DNA of 64,000 bases from Ophelia neglecta (taxonomy: Eukaryota). The first letter of the stretch is position 1, and every line of letters starts with the position of its first letter. Where the stretch lies: contig OZ260665.1 of NCBI GenBank assembly GCA_965285935.1, positions 59,272,001 through 59,336,000 of the forward strand, read 5' to 3'. Positions 1-11,675 of the stretch are shown here, in pieces. Under the pieces are notes generated by a model that did no database searches, was not told the DNA's origin, and saw only the letters and a program-made list of their open reading frames with translations. A program made the position numbers and the translations under genes.

Positions 1-76
1 TCTACTTAGCTTTTGCAGGAGCAGTTACTGAAATATTTTAAGACATTGATATCAGATTGAATTGTTTGGTTTGTAG

Positions 77-167
77 GGTGGCCGGTTTATGAGCACTGCG
101 ATGTTTGATGCCCGAGAGGTCCTCATACCAGGCAGCGCCTACGACAGGAGTACACTGCAGACCAATG
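77..167 (+). CDS. UPF1: UPF1 internal coding exon ([30 protein letters not shown])
   Basis: ttgtag| acceptor at 75-76, |gtcagc donor at 168. Translation matches the post-helicase segment of metazoan UPF1 (human-like [25 protein letters not shown]). Phase 0->1. The gene continues upstream of the window. Confidence 0.93.
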
Positions 168-295
168 GTCAGCAACCTTGTCATTGATTTTTATTGTGGA
201 TGATCTACTACATTGAACTGCTATATATTTAAAATTACACTTTCTGTGAGAGTTAACTGCATTTCTCATTGCCAACTGTCTTAAAATGTCTGCAG

Positions 296-472
296 GCACT
301 AGGTTCCCTGTGGCTACTGGTCCTAAATTCAACGCTGAGAGTTTTGTACGCCATGACCAGATGGGGTTCATCCCAGCGGACCCGGCATTCGCCATCAACT
401 TGCCAGTGCCTATTGGCATGTTCATGCAGGCCATGCCACAGCACTTCCATCAAGGATTCCAACCTGTCCCAG
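296..472 (+). CDS. UPF1: UPF1 coding exon (..RHDQMGFIPADPAFAINLPVPIGMFM..)
   Basis: tgcag| acceptor, cag|gtcaga donor, 177 nt, phase 1->1. The HDQ-x-G-x-I and N-x-P-x-P motifs resemble the UPF1 C-terminal region. Confidence 0.88.
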
Positions 473-768
473 GTCAGACACTCTACAGTATTTTGCTGTC
501 AAAACACGTATAGATAGGAGTATCACCAAGAATTCTGTGGCCTTATTAATTGTTTGGAGCAGAGTATCCGTCTCATGATTAAATGATCTAGAGTTACATG
601 AAAATTAACTTCCTCGCCTTTGAAAGGAACGTTTTGTCTTTCATTCAGATAGAAATGTTAACATTGTACTGTATACAAATGAATTTTTGTATATTGCTGT
701 ATAAGTTATGAATGTAAAGCTAAGTGTATAGCTTATTTCAATCACCCTATATGGTGTTGTCATATCAG

Positions 769-902
769 GAGGCCGAGGAGGTGCCCCAGCCAGCAGCCGG
801 GGGGGTCGCGGTCGTGGACCGGGTAAAAATAAACCACCTCGCTACAGCAACCAGAGCGGCCCCATGTCACACCCCAACATGACCGGCAGCCAGGCCAGTC
901 AG
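769..902 (+). CDS. UPF1: UPF1 coding exon, RGG-rich (GGRGGAPASSRGGRGRGPGKNKPPRY...SQASQ)
   Basis: tatcag| acceptor, cag|gtagga donor, 134 nt, phase 1->0. GC-rich; ends in the conserved SQASQ. Confidence 0.9.
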
Positions 903-1100
903 GTAGGAGACTTAGTTATGAGCTCTTAACGCTTTTAGTAGGAGTTAGTAAAACCTACATTTATTTATTTGAGGCAGTGTCATTTACAAAATTCTGTCAA
1001 GCTATGTTTGAATGTACAATGTACAAATTAATATCACGACTTGTGATGTTCTCGCACACAGTTCCATGTCTTAAGGGCAATGTATTATTTTCAATTTCAG

Positions 1101-1217
1101 GGCGGTAGCCAGCCTTTCTCCCAGGGCCCGCTGACACAGGGTGGGATGTCAATGAGCCAGCCCTTCCAGATGAGTCAGCCTGGACTGTCTGGACTCTCTC
1201 AGCCAGAACTGTCACAG
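1101..1217 (+). CDS. UPF1: UPF1 coding exon, SQ-rich ([39 protein letters not shown])
   Basis: tttcag| acceptor, cag|gtcaaa donor, 117 nt, phase 0->0. Closely resembles the UPF1 SQ region ([29 protein letters not shown]). Confidence 0.95.
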
Positions 1218-1417
1218 GTCAAACACCCTTCATCCCTCTCTCCTGCTCTCAGGAGTCAGGAGTCGTATCCTATCAGTACCGTCAAAATCCAATGTACCCT
1301 CGGGTCAAATAGCCTATTGGTCAAATTCATAGATAAAGAATGAAGTCCTTGTTGTGTAATTATATCCGCGAACTGCAGATATTATGGAATCAGTAGCACC
1401 ACCGCCGCCCCTCAACT

Positions 1418-1706
1418 CAAAAACCCTTTTGTACATCTTTTTCAAATTTGACACAGCCATAGACTTTATTGACAGGAGGTACTGATTAAATTCTGGTGAA
1501 ACTTCCAATAATTATTAATTAGTTAAAGCAATCATTTTTTACTGTCAGAAATGCATTTTCTGCAATTACACGAAAAATATTTGATACATCTTTTTTGACA
1601 CAGCAATAGATCTTATTGAGAGAAAGAACTGGATTTATTCTGGTGAATTTGGGATAAATATTTATTAGTTTAAACAATTAATTTATTATGTCAAAAACAC
1701 GTTTTC
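1418..1706. repeat. Diverged ~150-bp tandem duplication in UPF1 intron
   Basis: Two copies share tacatctttttt..tgacacagc.ataga..ttattga...ttctggtgaa...ttagtt..a.caat. Confidence 0.7.
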
Positions 1707-1775
1707 TATCACATATTCGAAAGTATAGATGATATTGGCTTGTATTTTTGTGTCATGATTCTTGTAATAACTATA

Positions 1776-2050
1776 TACAATATGTGTAATAAGTTAACTA
1801 GTTAACTTTATTAATAACCTGAAAAGAAATTAGTGAAGGTTGCTGTGCAGTTTTATTGAGGTCATATGAAACCTACTACAAATTGTGTATTATAAATAAG
1901 TTAAATGTTTACTTTGTTAATGACCTGAAAAAAAATTAGTTAAGGTCGTTTTGCAATATTATTGAAGTCATTTAGTACCTACTACAACATGTGTGTTAAG
2001 TTAACTAGTTAACTTTATTAATGACCTGAACAAAAATTAGTTAAGGTAGT
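1776..2050. repeat. Diverged ~100-107-bp tandem repeat, ~2.7 copies, in UPF1 intron
   Basis: Recurring taagttaactagttaactttattaat(a/g)acctgaa..aaattagt(g/t)aaggt and acctactacaa. Confidence 0.8.
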
Positions 2051-2298
2051 TATCTTTCGTGCCAACTGAAAACTACTATATTCACTACTCCGCCTTATAC
2101 CATGTTTGCCAATCGACCTTTGCACGCATTTATTGTTTATTAGCAATGCACACAGTACACAATGCACAGCAGCTAGCCATGCCTTATGTCAAAACAATGT
2201 ACTGTTATATTTTAAAACTTCTTTTTATTCTTCTAAATAGATTGTTATGATCGGTTCTGTCTGTTTCTGATAGTAGTGTGTTGTTTATACATTTACAG

Positions 2299-2430
2299 GA
2301 CAGTTATATGGGTGAGGAGTTCAAGTCTCAGGCAGACGGACTGCTGTCCCAGGACTCCACCTACCAGGGTGACCGGGCCTACTTCCAGTCCCAGCCGCTA
2401 TCCCAGGGAGCTCAGTTCTCACAGTACTAG
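2299..2430 (+). CDS. UPF1: UPF1 last coding exon ([43 protein letters not shown])
   Basis: tttacag| acceptor. LSQDSTYQG and terminal SQY are hallmark UPF1 SMG1-phosphorylation motifs. Stop TAG at 2428-2430 is directly followed by the gtaaag donor. Confidence 0.96.
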   Translation, partial: DSYMGEEFKSQADGLLSQDSTYQGDRAYFQSQPLSQGAQFSQY

Positions 2431-3594
2431 GTAAAGGCCTATGTCATACTTCTCTCAGCTAGTTACTACATGCCCCATTTTATCCCAGGTGCTCAGTTTT
2501 CACTTTAAAGGTACAAGTAAATGGCAAAGACATGAAAAGTTGTACAAGTTTACTTAAATTAAGGCACTTGGGGATTGATGCTATTTGACCCTTAACATAA
2601 AGCTTTAATTTATATTTAGGCCTTAACTAGTGTTTAAGTGTTAAAATACTCCAGTGAAAATGAAAACCCCTCTGTAGTCTGTAGATCAATTAGTGGGTTC
2701 TATGCTCTGTTTTTGTTGGAGTAATGTGGCATCATATCACACTAGAAGCTTTTTAAAAATGTATTCCAAACATGACTACAAACAGGAGAATGACACCAGA
2801 AAATAACTTTTTTCCACAACAGCTAGTGGCAGTTGATGAAGGAAGCCATGTTCATTGTCCTACAATGGATACTGAATTGGGCTTCAATTTTATGCTTCAC
2901 TGTGCATATACAGTACACATTTTTTCGGAAGAGCTCACTTTTCTGCACAGATTTTGCTTGGTATTTGTGAAAAGAACCAGTAATACAATTCAGTGTCTTT
3001 GAAACCCAGCCATATGAAAATATGTTTTAAAGTATACATTAAAATCACGCACGATTTTTTCTCTTCCAATTTGAATTTGCCAACCTAGTTTCAGAAAGTA
3101 AACTTTCCCAAAATCTGTCCACTTGATCATTTTGGTATAGACAGTTTTAGCTATTTTACCATTTAATTTTGTATAGTCTTATGTTACTATTAAAATGTGG
3201 CAGAAATGGTATTAGACCACTCCATAGTTGAGTCTGGCTATAAGTTACATGTTTCATGTATGGAGCTATTAATGAATAATACAAACTTCTTTATGCACCA
3301 AACTCATAAATCTATTCAGATACTATGAAAATACATTATCATTTGAAATTTAGCAACAATTATTTAAGCACATTGTATGTTCACTTGGCAGGGGCTGGAC
3401 CTTCAAGCCTTGTGGTACTACACACCTAGCCCAGCGATATTGGAGACTATCCATTGCGTTACAACCTAGTAATAATAAGTCAGCTTCATTTAGTGAAAAA
3501 CAGTTTCTCATAATATTTGAACATTCTATAATCGGAGAAGGTGTTTACGATATCTTTTATATACATATTCATCAATATGTCTTGTTTTATTTAG

Positions 3595-5915
3595 GAGAAC
3601 GTGGAGATGAGGGGGTACGACCCTGCTGCCACCTCCAGAAAAATGGAGGTACTAAAATCGTAAACAGGAGAAAAAGCTAGGAGCAGGTACACAGTACTGC
3701 ATGCGTAACTATCACTGTCGACGGCAAATGAATGGAGGGACAGAGGAGACTGCAGCCTGGCAGGGCACATGGCAGAGACACATCGGCGCAGCGGCCCACT
3801 GACAGACCTGCCGGTGGACTGGAACCATGGTCCTACGATATCGGTTAGAGAGAAGTAGTAACCTGTGCCCTTGGAGCCTTCTCAGTATAACGGCAAACTA
3901 CATGGGCAGAAGCCCGTGTCAACAGAGGGAGGTTATCTACAGAGGCAGGTGGGACTGTGTTCACCGAATGTGCTGCCTACCCTACCATCAGAATGTGTCC
4001 AGAAATTAAGACATTTGCAGGCTCTCCTCTGCAGACTGCTCACGGAATGCTTTGCTGGGAGATCATCTGAAGAATGTTTTTGAAACCTTGCATGCTTGTG
4101 GAACACCAGGATTTAAGAAAATCTTCTTATTCCAAGTCAGGCTGTTATTTCAATAAATAACTTGAAGAAACGGGGCCATTACATTGGTGGTCCTCCTACC
4201 CTGGACTTTATTGAGACCCAAAGTTCACGTTAATGACTGAAATTATGTATATACTTCTACAAGGAGTAGTAACAATGTTTTCTATCTGTCTGTCAGACTG
4301 AAATTGGCTTTGGAACCTTTGTTTAAGAGAACATGGAATCAGAATATTAATGTCTTTGTATTCCTGCAGCAAACCATTATTGTCTCACAACTACTGTCAG
4401 ATGGGTTTGTAACTTGTTCAAATGAATGAATATGGTGATTGTCATTAGCATGTACAAAGGCGTCTTCTGCTTTCTAGTGAGATCTATACAGCTATCGAAA
4501 TCTGAAATGTATAATGCCGAACGTATCTAGAAATGATGTAAGCGTGCCAGCGGTAAAACTGACGAAATATTAATACTGTGCAAGAGCCAACATTTGTTAG
4601 AGGCAGTGGACCATAGCGTATGGTTGGGACCTGTTTCCACAACTGCTTTATGATCTGTCATGTGACACGTATAAAGGCCATGTGATTGGGCCTCGCAAGT
4701 TTTGCACTATCACTATTCTTATGTGAATGTAGTTAAGACTTTGTCGAAAGTCCATTATAATGTTGTAATGAAGAGAGTGTGGAGCTCTGTGGCTCCTGGG
4801 CCTGGAGCGCCAAGCCGCTTAATAGTTGTCACCAGTCAACTAATATGTTACCAACTCATCGCCAATTTAACATGTGTGGTTTATGGTATATTGCTAACCT
4901 GGTAATAGTCGGCCAAAGATGCTGGTCAGACGTTAGTCTAGCTAATCCCAGCTCTGCTGTTTGTCTCCCTCAAAAATAAATTTATTCTTTGAAGCTGAAG
5001 ACTCAGTAAATGCCCATGAGGAATACAGGTTTATTTGATATCCAAAGGCCCTGGTAAACAAACTGCTAGAAAAAATTCCGGTTAATTCCAGGTGGACTCT
5101 AATTACTCCACTCAATGTGTTGAGAATGACCACATCCACCCCTTTGATGTGACTGTTGAGCTCCAGGGTGTGATGATATTTTAGATATTTGTGAGAGTGG
5201 TGATCTTTCGAGAAAGACAAACAGCGACTGGTATTTGTATATTGTTATAACTTAGTCATTGGTACATATTTTGAATTCTATTGCTAGTTCATATTCCTTC
5301 TTTTTTGCTTGCATCCAATATACAGGTAGCAGCTTGTCTCATTTCATAATATATTGCATGTAATGATGGACACTTAAACCAGTGTCGAGCTGTAAGTCTT
5401 GTCTTATCAAGTCTCTCCGTATTGGTACTGTGGTAATACAGTGTAATAGTTTAAAAACCTTGGTGTCAAATGATGACCTGAGATTTATTTTCTGATTAGT
5501 AATTATGCACAAATCTTGCTTTCTGTGAAATTGCAAGGCGTTCGTGAAATTGTTATGAGTAGTATTAAACTGAAACTGCAGAAACCAGAAAATTGTGTCG
5601 TTGCCGAGTCACTATCTATCTTTGCCTTGTAACTTCGAAGTACTGAATGTGTCTTCATCTGCTGAGAAAACCTGATGAAATTTGATCCTGCTTGCCAAAA
5701 TGGTTCAGTTCTACAAATAATTACAATTGGTAAAAACTGGTATTGAATTATTGGAACAAAGTGGACATTAAAAAGACAAAAATGGCCATCTGAAACAATG
5801 TCTTAATATATATGCAAAATTGTTAACTGTGTCTTTTGGTTGCATTATTTTCTGAAAAATGTTATGCTCTACATGCTTTTATTTTGGAATAAATCCCCTG
5901 TTTGGAAAGCTTAAA
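3595..5915 (+). other. UPF1: UPF1 non-coding terminal exon (3'UTR, ~2.3 kb)
   Basis: Strong acceptor tcttgttttatttag| at 3593-3594 with an abrupt shift from AT-rich to GC-richer sequence. Candidate AATAAA at 4152, 4975 and 5888; the last has a downstream GU/U-rich tract. The end position is inferred. Confidence 0.6.
5888..5893 (+). terminator. Candidate distal polyadenylation signal of UPF1
   Basis: AATAAA followed about 25-45 nt later by tgttgcatacttcttgttttt. Confidence 0.45.
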
Positions 5916-6919
5916 TCTGTTGCATACTTCTTGTTTTTAGCCTGAAATAAGTTGGGTGGGGGTTGGGTGGGTGCTCAGAGTTGTTTTCCTGCAAAAAAAA
6001 ATGATTACGCTGTCTTTATAATACACTATTTTTAGCAGCAGGGCTGGTGGTACTACTGATATGGTGTCAAAGTGTCTTTCACAAAATTGGTTTAAATTTA
6101 CCTGCAAGTTCTTTTCACAATCGTACAAAAAACAAAAGTTAGAAATGTTGTTCAGACAGGGCATTTACTATGATTGCCCATTTCTCCCTAAATTTTGATG
6201 GGATCTTTCCAAATTGTACCTATAGTTTCTTACAATGGTTCTTCACCAATTTACATGAAAATTATCTAGATTTTTACCTGTTTTAAGAGGATTTTCATTA
6301 TTAATACCTTTGATTAATTAAAGTGTAACTCCTCCAAGAGTGTTTGATATCCATTGTTTAGAAACTTGCAGAGGAGACCTAGGAGTATGTCTTCACAACA
6401 CAATGATCCTTTCAAGTAAAAAAAATCTGATTGTAGGACAGGGACATTTTATTTTTAAATTTGCCCATATCCGTCAGAAATTTATTTAAAAAGAGCAGGA
6501 TATTGAGTGGAAACCAAATAAATTTAAGGAACCTTAACCTCTGACCCCTACCCCCTGAATACCAAAGGCTCATCTGACAGAATATTGTTTATGTATGTCC
6601 TATGTGTTCCTAAAGATGATGATATAGAGGGGGGTCTATAGAAGAAGGTTCAGTCATATTAAATGACAGTAAGATGTTATTGCTTATGGTTCTAATGGTT
6701 TAAATGGCAAATGGGTGTTTGCTCAAAATAGGAAAAAACGCATGAATTGGGGTCTTTATTCTGCTTGGGCGCATAACACACAGGACCCAAACATTTTGTG
6801 TGTAAGCAGTAGCTACAATGAAAAAGTAAAAAGTAGTGCCCTTGTCCTTATCAGTATCGCCAGATGGCGATTGGATGTGCAACTTTTCCGACTCCCACCA
6901 ATGGTGCTACTTACGGCGC

Positions 6920-7380
6920 TACTTACGAATTAAATTGCGCACATTCTCCACTACGCGGCGCATGATATATATGTCACCGTGAGAGCGGGAGTTCGAATAT
7001 CGTTTTCACCTGCTAGTTTTTTGTTCTTCCTGCTTTATCGTCCAGTTTGCGTCAAAGTTGGGACAAATCTGATTTAACTGCACAATTAACCAGCAAGATA
7101 AGGTTAATCCTCCGTGGAGTTCATCTCACGACATACAAACATGTCAACATGAAACATCCTAAAACTGTAAAAGAGAATCATGACACTATAGCAGATTGTT
7201 GTCCCAAAGGACAGCGGGCTGAGATGGCCAAGCTCCAAAGCGCCGGCCCATTGGTCAAGGCGTTTTTTTCACGGACTTGCATGATACAGAACATAAGTTG
7301 TTTTCGGTCCGGGAGTTCGATACCCGAAAAAAGTCGAAAATCATAGTGGCGGGGTAGCGGGTACATCAGATTCGTAAGTA
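6920..7380. mobile_element. Candidate non-autonomous DNA transposon in the intergenic region
   Basis: tacttacgaat (6920-6930) and its exact reverse complement attcgtaagta (7370-7380), with further subterminal similarity (ccacta / tagtgg). The interior is CpG-rich compared with the flanks. Superfamily not assignable. Confidence 0.4.
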
Positions 7381-8943
7381 AAACTAATATTGTCATTTAT
7401 TGAAACTGCATGTTTGTACGGGGGGGGGGGGGGGGGGATGTGTATGTGTGTGTGTGCAGATCCCTGTCCTCTGTCACTGCTGGCTCTAGACTATGGGAAC
7501 AGAGTGGACAGTAGAGGCACAGGACTGGATGGGGGGGGGGGGGGGCACTTCCTTTACCTTGGTTAGTACATATATATGAAATTTTTTCTATTTTATCAAT
7601 TATAGAGGACATTTAAGCTTCACTGTTTGAAACTCTACCATAGGGCTATATAGTAAAATCTTGAGAGTATGGACAAAACGGACAATTTTCCGACATGTGC
7701 ATTCGTCTTCCTCTAAGGATTCCCTGATACTTTTCTTATTATGTACTGCTATTCACCTCGCGGGTCAATATAAGTAAATGCGTAATTTTACCAGCGGCTA
7801 TTGTGGACTGACTAGATCATTCGACAGTCTGTATGGCAGTGTATGCTGTGCTAAAAATTTAGCTTTCAGCCATTTACAGAACTAACTGCCTTTTTATTGA
7901 GCCATCAAATTCAAGTACACAATGCCTTCTATGTTTAGAACCTCAATGCGTTTTTGATGTGCCATAGTTTTATTGTTTAATGGATATATTCTGGCCCCAT
8001 TTCATGGACTTTAAACTGAAAGGGAATGCAGACAAATTCTCGCAGCCACAAACAGTCTCCGTGCAGTCAATATATGAAAATGATGTGTATTCCTTGACAG
8101 CTTCCTCAACAAACAATACGACATAATTTCCAGACAATTACTTGAGATTAGGGGATGTTTATTTTGATTTATAATTTTCCCTTAAAAAAGGGCATTCGTT
8201 TCTAAATGTTTGATTTTATATATTTACTGAATAATGATCAACATAGTGTGTTTCTACCTTTTGTATACTGACTCTATTACTGATAGCATAGCACAGAGTT
8301 GTGATATATTGTATATAACTTTTATATGTGTGTTTCTGGGTCAGTTATTATGGGTTTATCCTGAAAAGCCAGAGTACGAACGTTGTTCAAACACATATAA
8401 ATAGGAAATTATTAAAATATGTTCATTTGAACTATATAGTTATATGAACCATGTTTTATTTTACGGAATTACTATTATCTATTTTTCTTAGTCGTGTTAG
8501 TGGTGTTCAGCCTACTACTGACTTGTCGATGTTTTACACTTCTTTGCGTGACTGAAAGTACAAATGAACCGACGACTTCATTATATTCTGTGATCAAATC
8601 ACACACGGCATTCTGTTTTATTGGTCTAATCGTGCTAATTGAACATTTAATTGCCGTTCCTGTTTGTAAAATGTTAAGACGAGATTTGCAGGACTGAACA
8701 GTTCGCTTTGTCATAAGGATTGGTCTAACCCTAAGAAATAGACAGTCTTAAACTCAAACCGTTGATATTTATTAGCCGAAATAACCACATCAAGTCCCCC
8801 TGTATGCCATGGTGAACCAAGCGCGTATCTAATGGAACCAATACTGTCTTTTTCTATAATTGTTTTGAATAGTTTACTAGTTAATAAAGAAATCCCCCCT
8901 ACCAATTTTAAATCATTCAAGAAGCAATGTATTGTAAACTTCA

Positions 8944-8949
8944 TTTATT
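8944..8949 (-). terminator. Candidate polyadenylation signal of the SUEL-CUB-CCP receptor gene
   Basis: tttatt on + is AATAAA on -, about 1.2 kb past the stop codon at 10131. Confidence 0.4.
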
Positions 8950-10130
8950 TTCAGTGCATATAATTACAGAGATTTACACTAGCATTCTGAGAATTCATTC
9001 ATTTATCTATCTACATAACTGACACGCTTATAAAATTGCATATATATCAACACACAAAGGAAAACATTTACAGGAACAAAGTCAACGAGATCAGCTCTAC
9101 ACAAGTCGCGATATGGGTATAATTATTAATGTGGATTTTAAATACTTCATTGTATTTTGCATTGTTTAAGATAATGCACCAGACGAAATGTAAGAATATT
9201 CTGCTGCATACTTTAAGCTTACATTATATTGGAAATTGCCAGACTGGGGGTGAAATGGTTTGAATATAAGATCCCTGCTGGAGAGGGTTGTAAGTGTGGA
9301 GATCGAAAGGGAAAGCCCAGGAATATAATGTATACGTATTGCTTGCCAGTGTTCTTGGTTGAATGCAATATTTTAGTTAAAATGAAAGAGATATAGCATT
9401 ATACTAGTTGCACAAAGATTTACTATCAAATTGGTCAACATCATGGGGGTTGAATCCCGCTACTGAGCTGTTTAAATAAAAATGGTTTGAAAAAATCAAA
9501 TTAAATATGCTACAGTAGTACGCTTACGCATACATGATATGATTCTTATTCCTTTGAAAAATCGGCCACACTACTTGCAAGTAATCATAAAATTGCTTGA
9601 TATGAATAGCATTCACAGCATATTTTCGTACACCTTTATCACTAAGAAATTGGAGGCTAATTATCTACGCGAGCACTCGTACATTAATCTCAAGGATTGC
9701 TGAGAGTAAGAGCTCATAACTAAGCTAGGTCAACACTCTTTTTATAATGAACATCGTGTGAGCCCTGACAATATTTACACGGTCAATGAAATGAGCTTCA
9801 AGAATTATTCATTAACATTATTTTTATATACAAGCCAGAGCAACAATTTCACCATTTCCCCGGCGGTTTCTTCTTTGGCCCAGAGGCCCTGGGCCTGATT
9901 TGGTTGGAGATGAGGCTGACTGCTCTTAAGCCCACCATCTTGTGATCCATACGTTGTATTAGGAATGTCTCTAGAGTCATTTTTCCGCCCCTTTCAGTTT
10001 GATGTGCACTTTATAAAAATCGCAAGGTTAAACAAATTTTCTACAGAACAGGAACAAATCTGTTTCATGAACGGTTTCTTCTGCATAAAGATTTACTCGT
10101 TTTGACTGGTTGGAACACAAAGGCCTATTG

Positions 10131-10908
10131 CTAGCAACGTATCTTGCCACGAGAGTTTGTTCGGTTGGGTACTGGAGGCCTGACATATTTCTGGGCAGGT
10201 ACGGCGCCCAGAGTCGAGCTACGCGCCAAGTGTGCAGGGAAGGAGTGGTTGTTAGGCACGATAGGTTGCGGCACAACATAGTGGTCCTCGGGCCGCGCAC
10301 CCACGACGTTGGAGCGGGAGAGACGTACCATCTCCAGCAAATCGGGCGCAGACTGGGTCAACAGTTTCTTTTCTGGGCCCAGTTGGGTGGTGGGCGTTGG
10401 TGCCAAGATCGGCCGGTTATTGTCCCACTGGCCTGAACGCGCTCTTTTATGACGTAGGTCACGTCGACTATTTCCCGTAGGCTTCCTCGGCCCCCGGAAG
10501 TCGTCTGCCCAGATAGGGGTCCCACCACCCGGGCCGTCCAGTTGACTATCTCGGCTACGGGTCAAGTAGTACTTGCCGCGGACACTGTTCCTCCGCGACC
10601 CACAGCGGCACTCGTCCGGGTCGGCGTACTTGGCCGAGGTCTCCATGTCACGGTGGTCGATGTAGTCCACCATCTCCTCATCATCATAGCCTTGGGAGCC
10701 CAGCAGGTTACAGCCCTGCCACTCGTCCTCACGGTTGTTTTTGTTCTTCTTATTTTTACGTTTGGCCCTGCGGATATTGCATCCCGGGGATAGGTTGGGC
10801 CCGTCTTCGATGTCTTGACGTTTGAGGTTCTCCTCGTTCATGGCGCTCTCCTGGAGATTGTTTATCACTACACGCCACTGGTCCAGCTTCAGCTCCGCAT
10901 TACGGCGT
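10131..10908 (-). CDS. SUEL-CUB-CCP receptor exon 8: cytoplasmic tail (RRRNAELKLDQWRVVINNL...RPPVPNRTNSRGKIRC*)
   Basis: Acceptor tttctcttgttgcag|. The phase-2 start matches the TM exon. 778 nt open and GC-rich, containing the 245-aa ORF of the track. Confidence 0.88.
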
Positions 10909-11675
10909 CTGCAACAAGAGAAATAACACGTTACTCAACGCCTAAATAAACTCTACTCGAAAAGCATCATCATGTTAAATCTATTTTATAGGTTAAAATA
11001 ATCGAAACATTGTTTATAAAGGTTAATCTGGATACGACAATTAGGATTCTTTGATGCCTTACTTTTTTCTTTGCATTTGAAGGTTGAGAACAATTTAGCT
11101 GTCAAATAGCAACGAGAAACTTATCGCAATCCCATATAAACGAATTGCGTCAAGTTGAAAGCTCTATCTTGTATATCACAAAGTACTCGTATAGGCTTAT
11201 CTATAGGCATTAACCGTGCACGTGTGCTCTTCGTGAGTGTGTGGAAATATATAGTAATATATAAGGTCTGTGAAGTGGATCAAAGTTTAAATAAATATAG
11301 TTTTATGAGATATACATTTTATCGTTACTATCTTCTCATAAAAGGGAAATCAAATGAAAAAACAAACAAACAAGCAATAGAAACATAGTGACATGTTAGT
11401 AAGACACGACAGTTGACCCATGACCTATACATCTGTGAAGAGCAATATTGCCGTTTGTGAAGAAAAACATTTTTTCGATTGCCAATGACGACCTTATTTG
11501 TCCTTAACCTAAAATGACTGCCTAGTGGACAATCTGCGTATGACATGTTTTATTACAGCATGCAATAATTAAATAAGAATTTTAAAGTATTCAACGAAAC
11601 AAAAGATAGAGTCAAAATCAGCCCCTAAACTGATTAGACAAAAGTAAAATAAAACATTGCAAAGGCGCATGTTAT

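Noticed and set aside
3827-4083. ORFs in the GC-richer region after UPF1
   Set aside because: Downstream of the conserved SQY* terminus and no homology; best explained as 3'UTR.
7305-7330. tRNA gene suggested by gttcga
   Set aside because: No A-box or cloverleaf, and the T-stem does not pair properly.
10125-10133. Stop-codon readthrough at TAG CAA TAG of the receptor
   Set aside because: Only partly matches the UAG-CARYYA motif, and a second stop follows one codon later. The 2-residue extension would not create a CaaX box.
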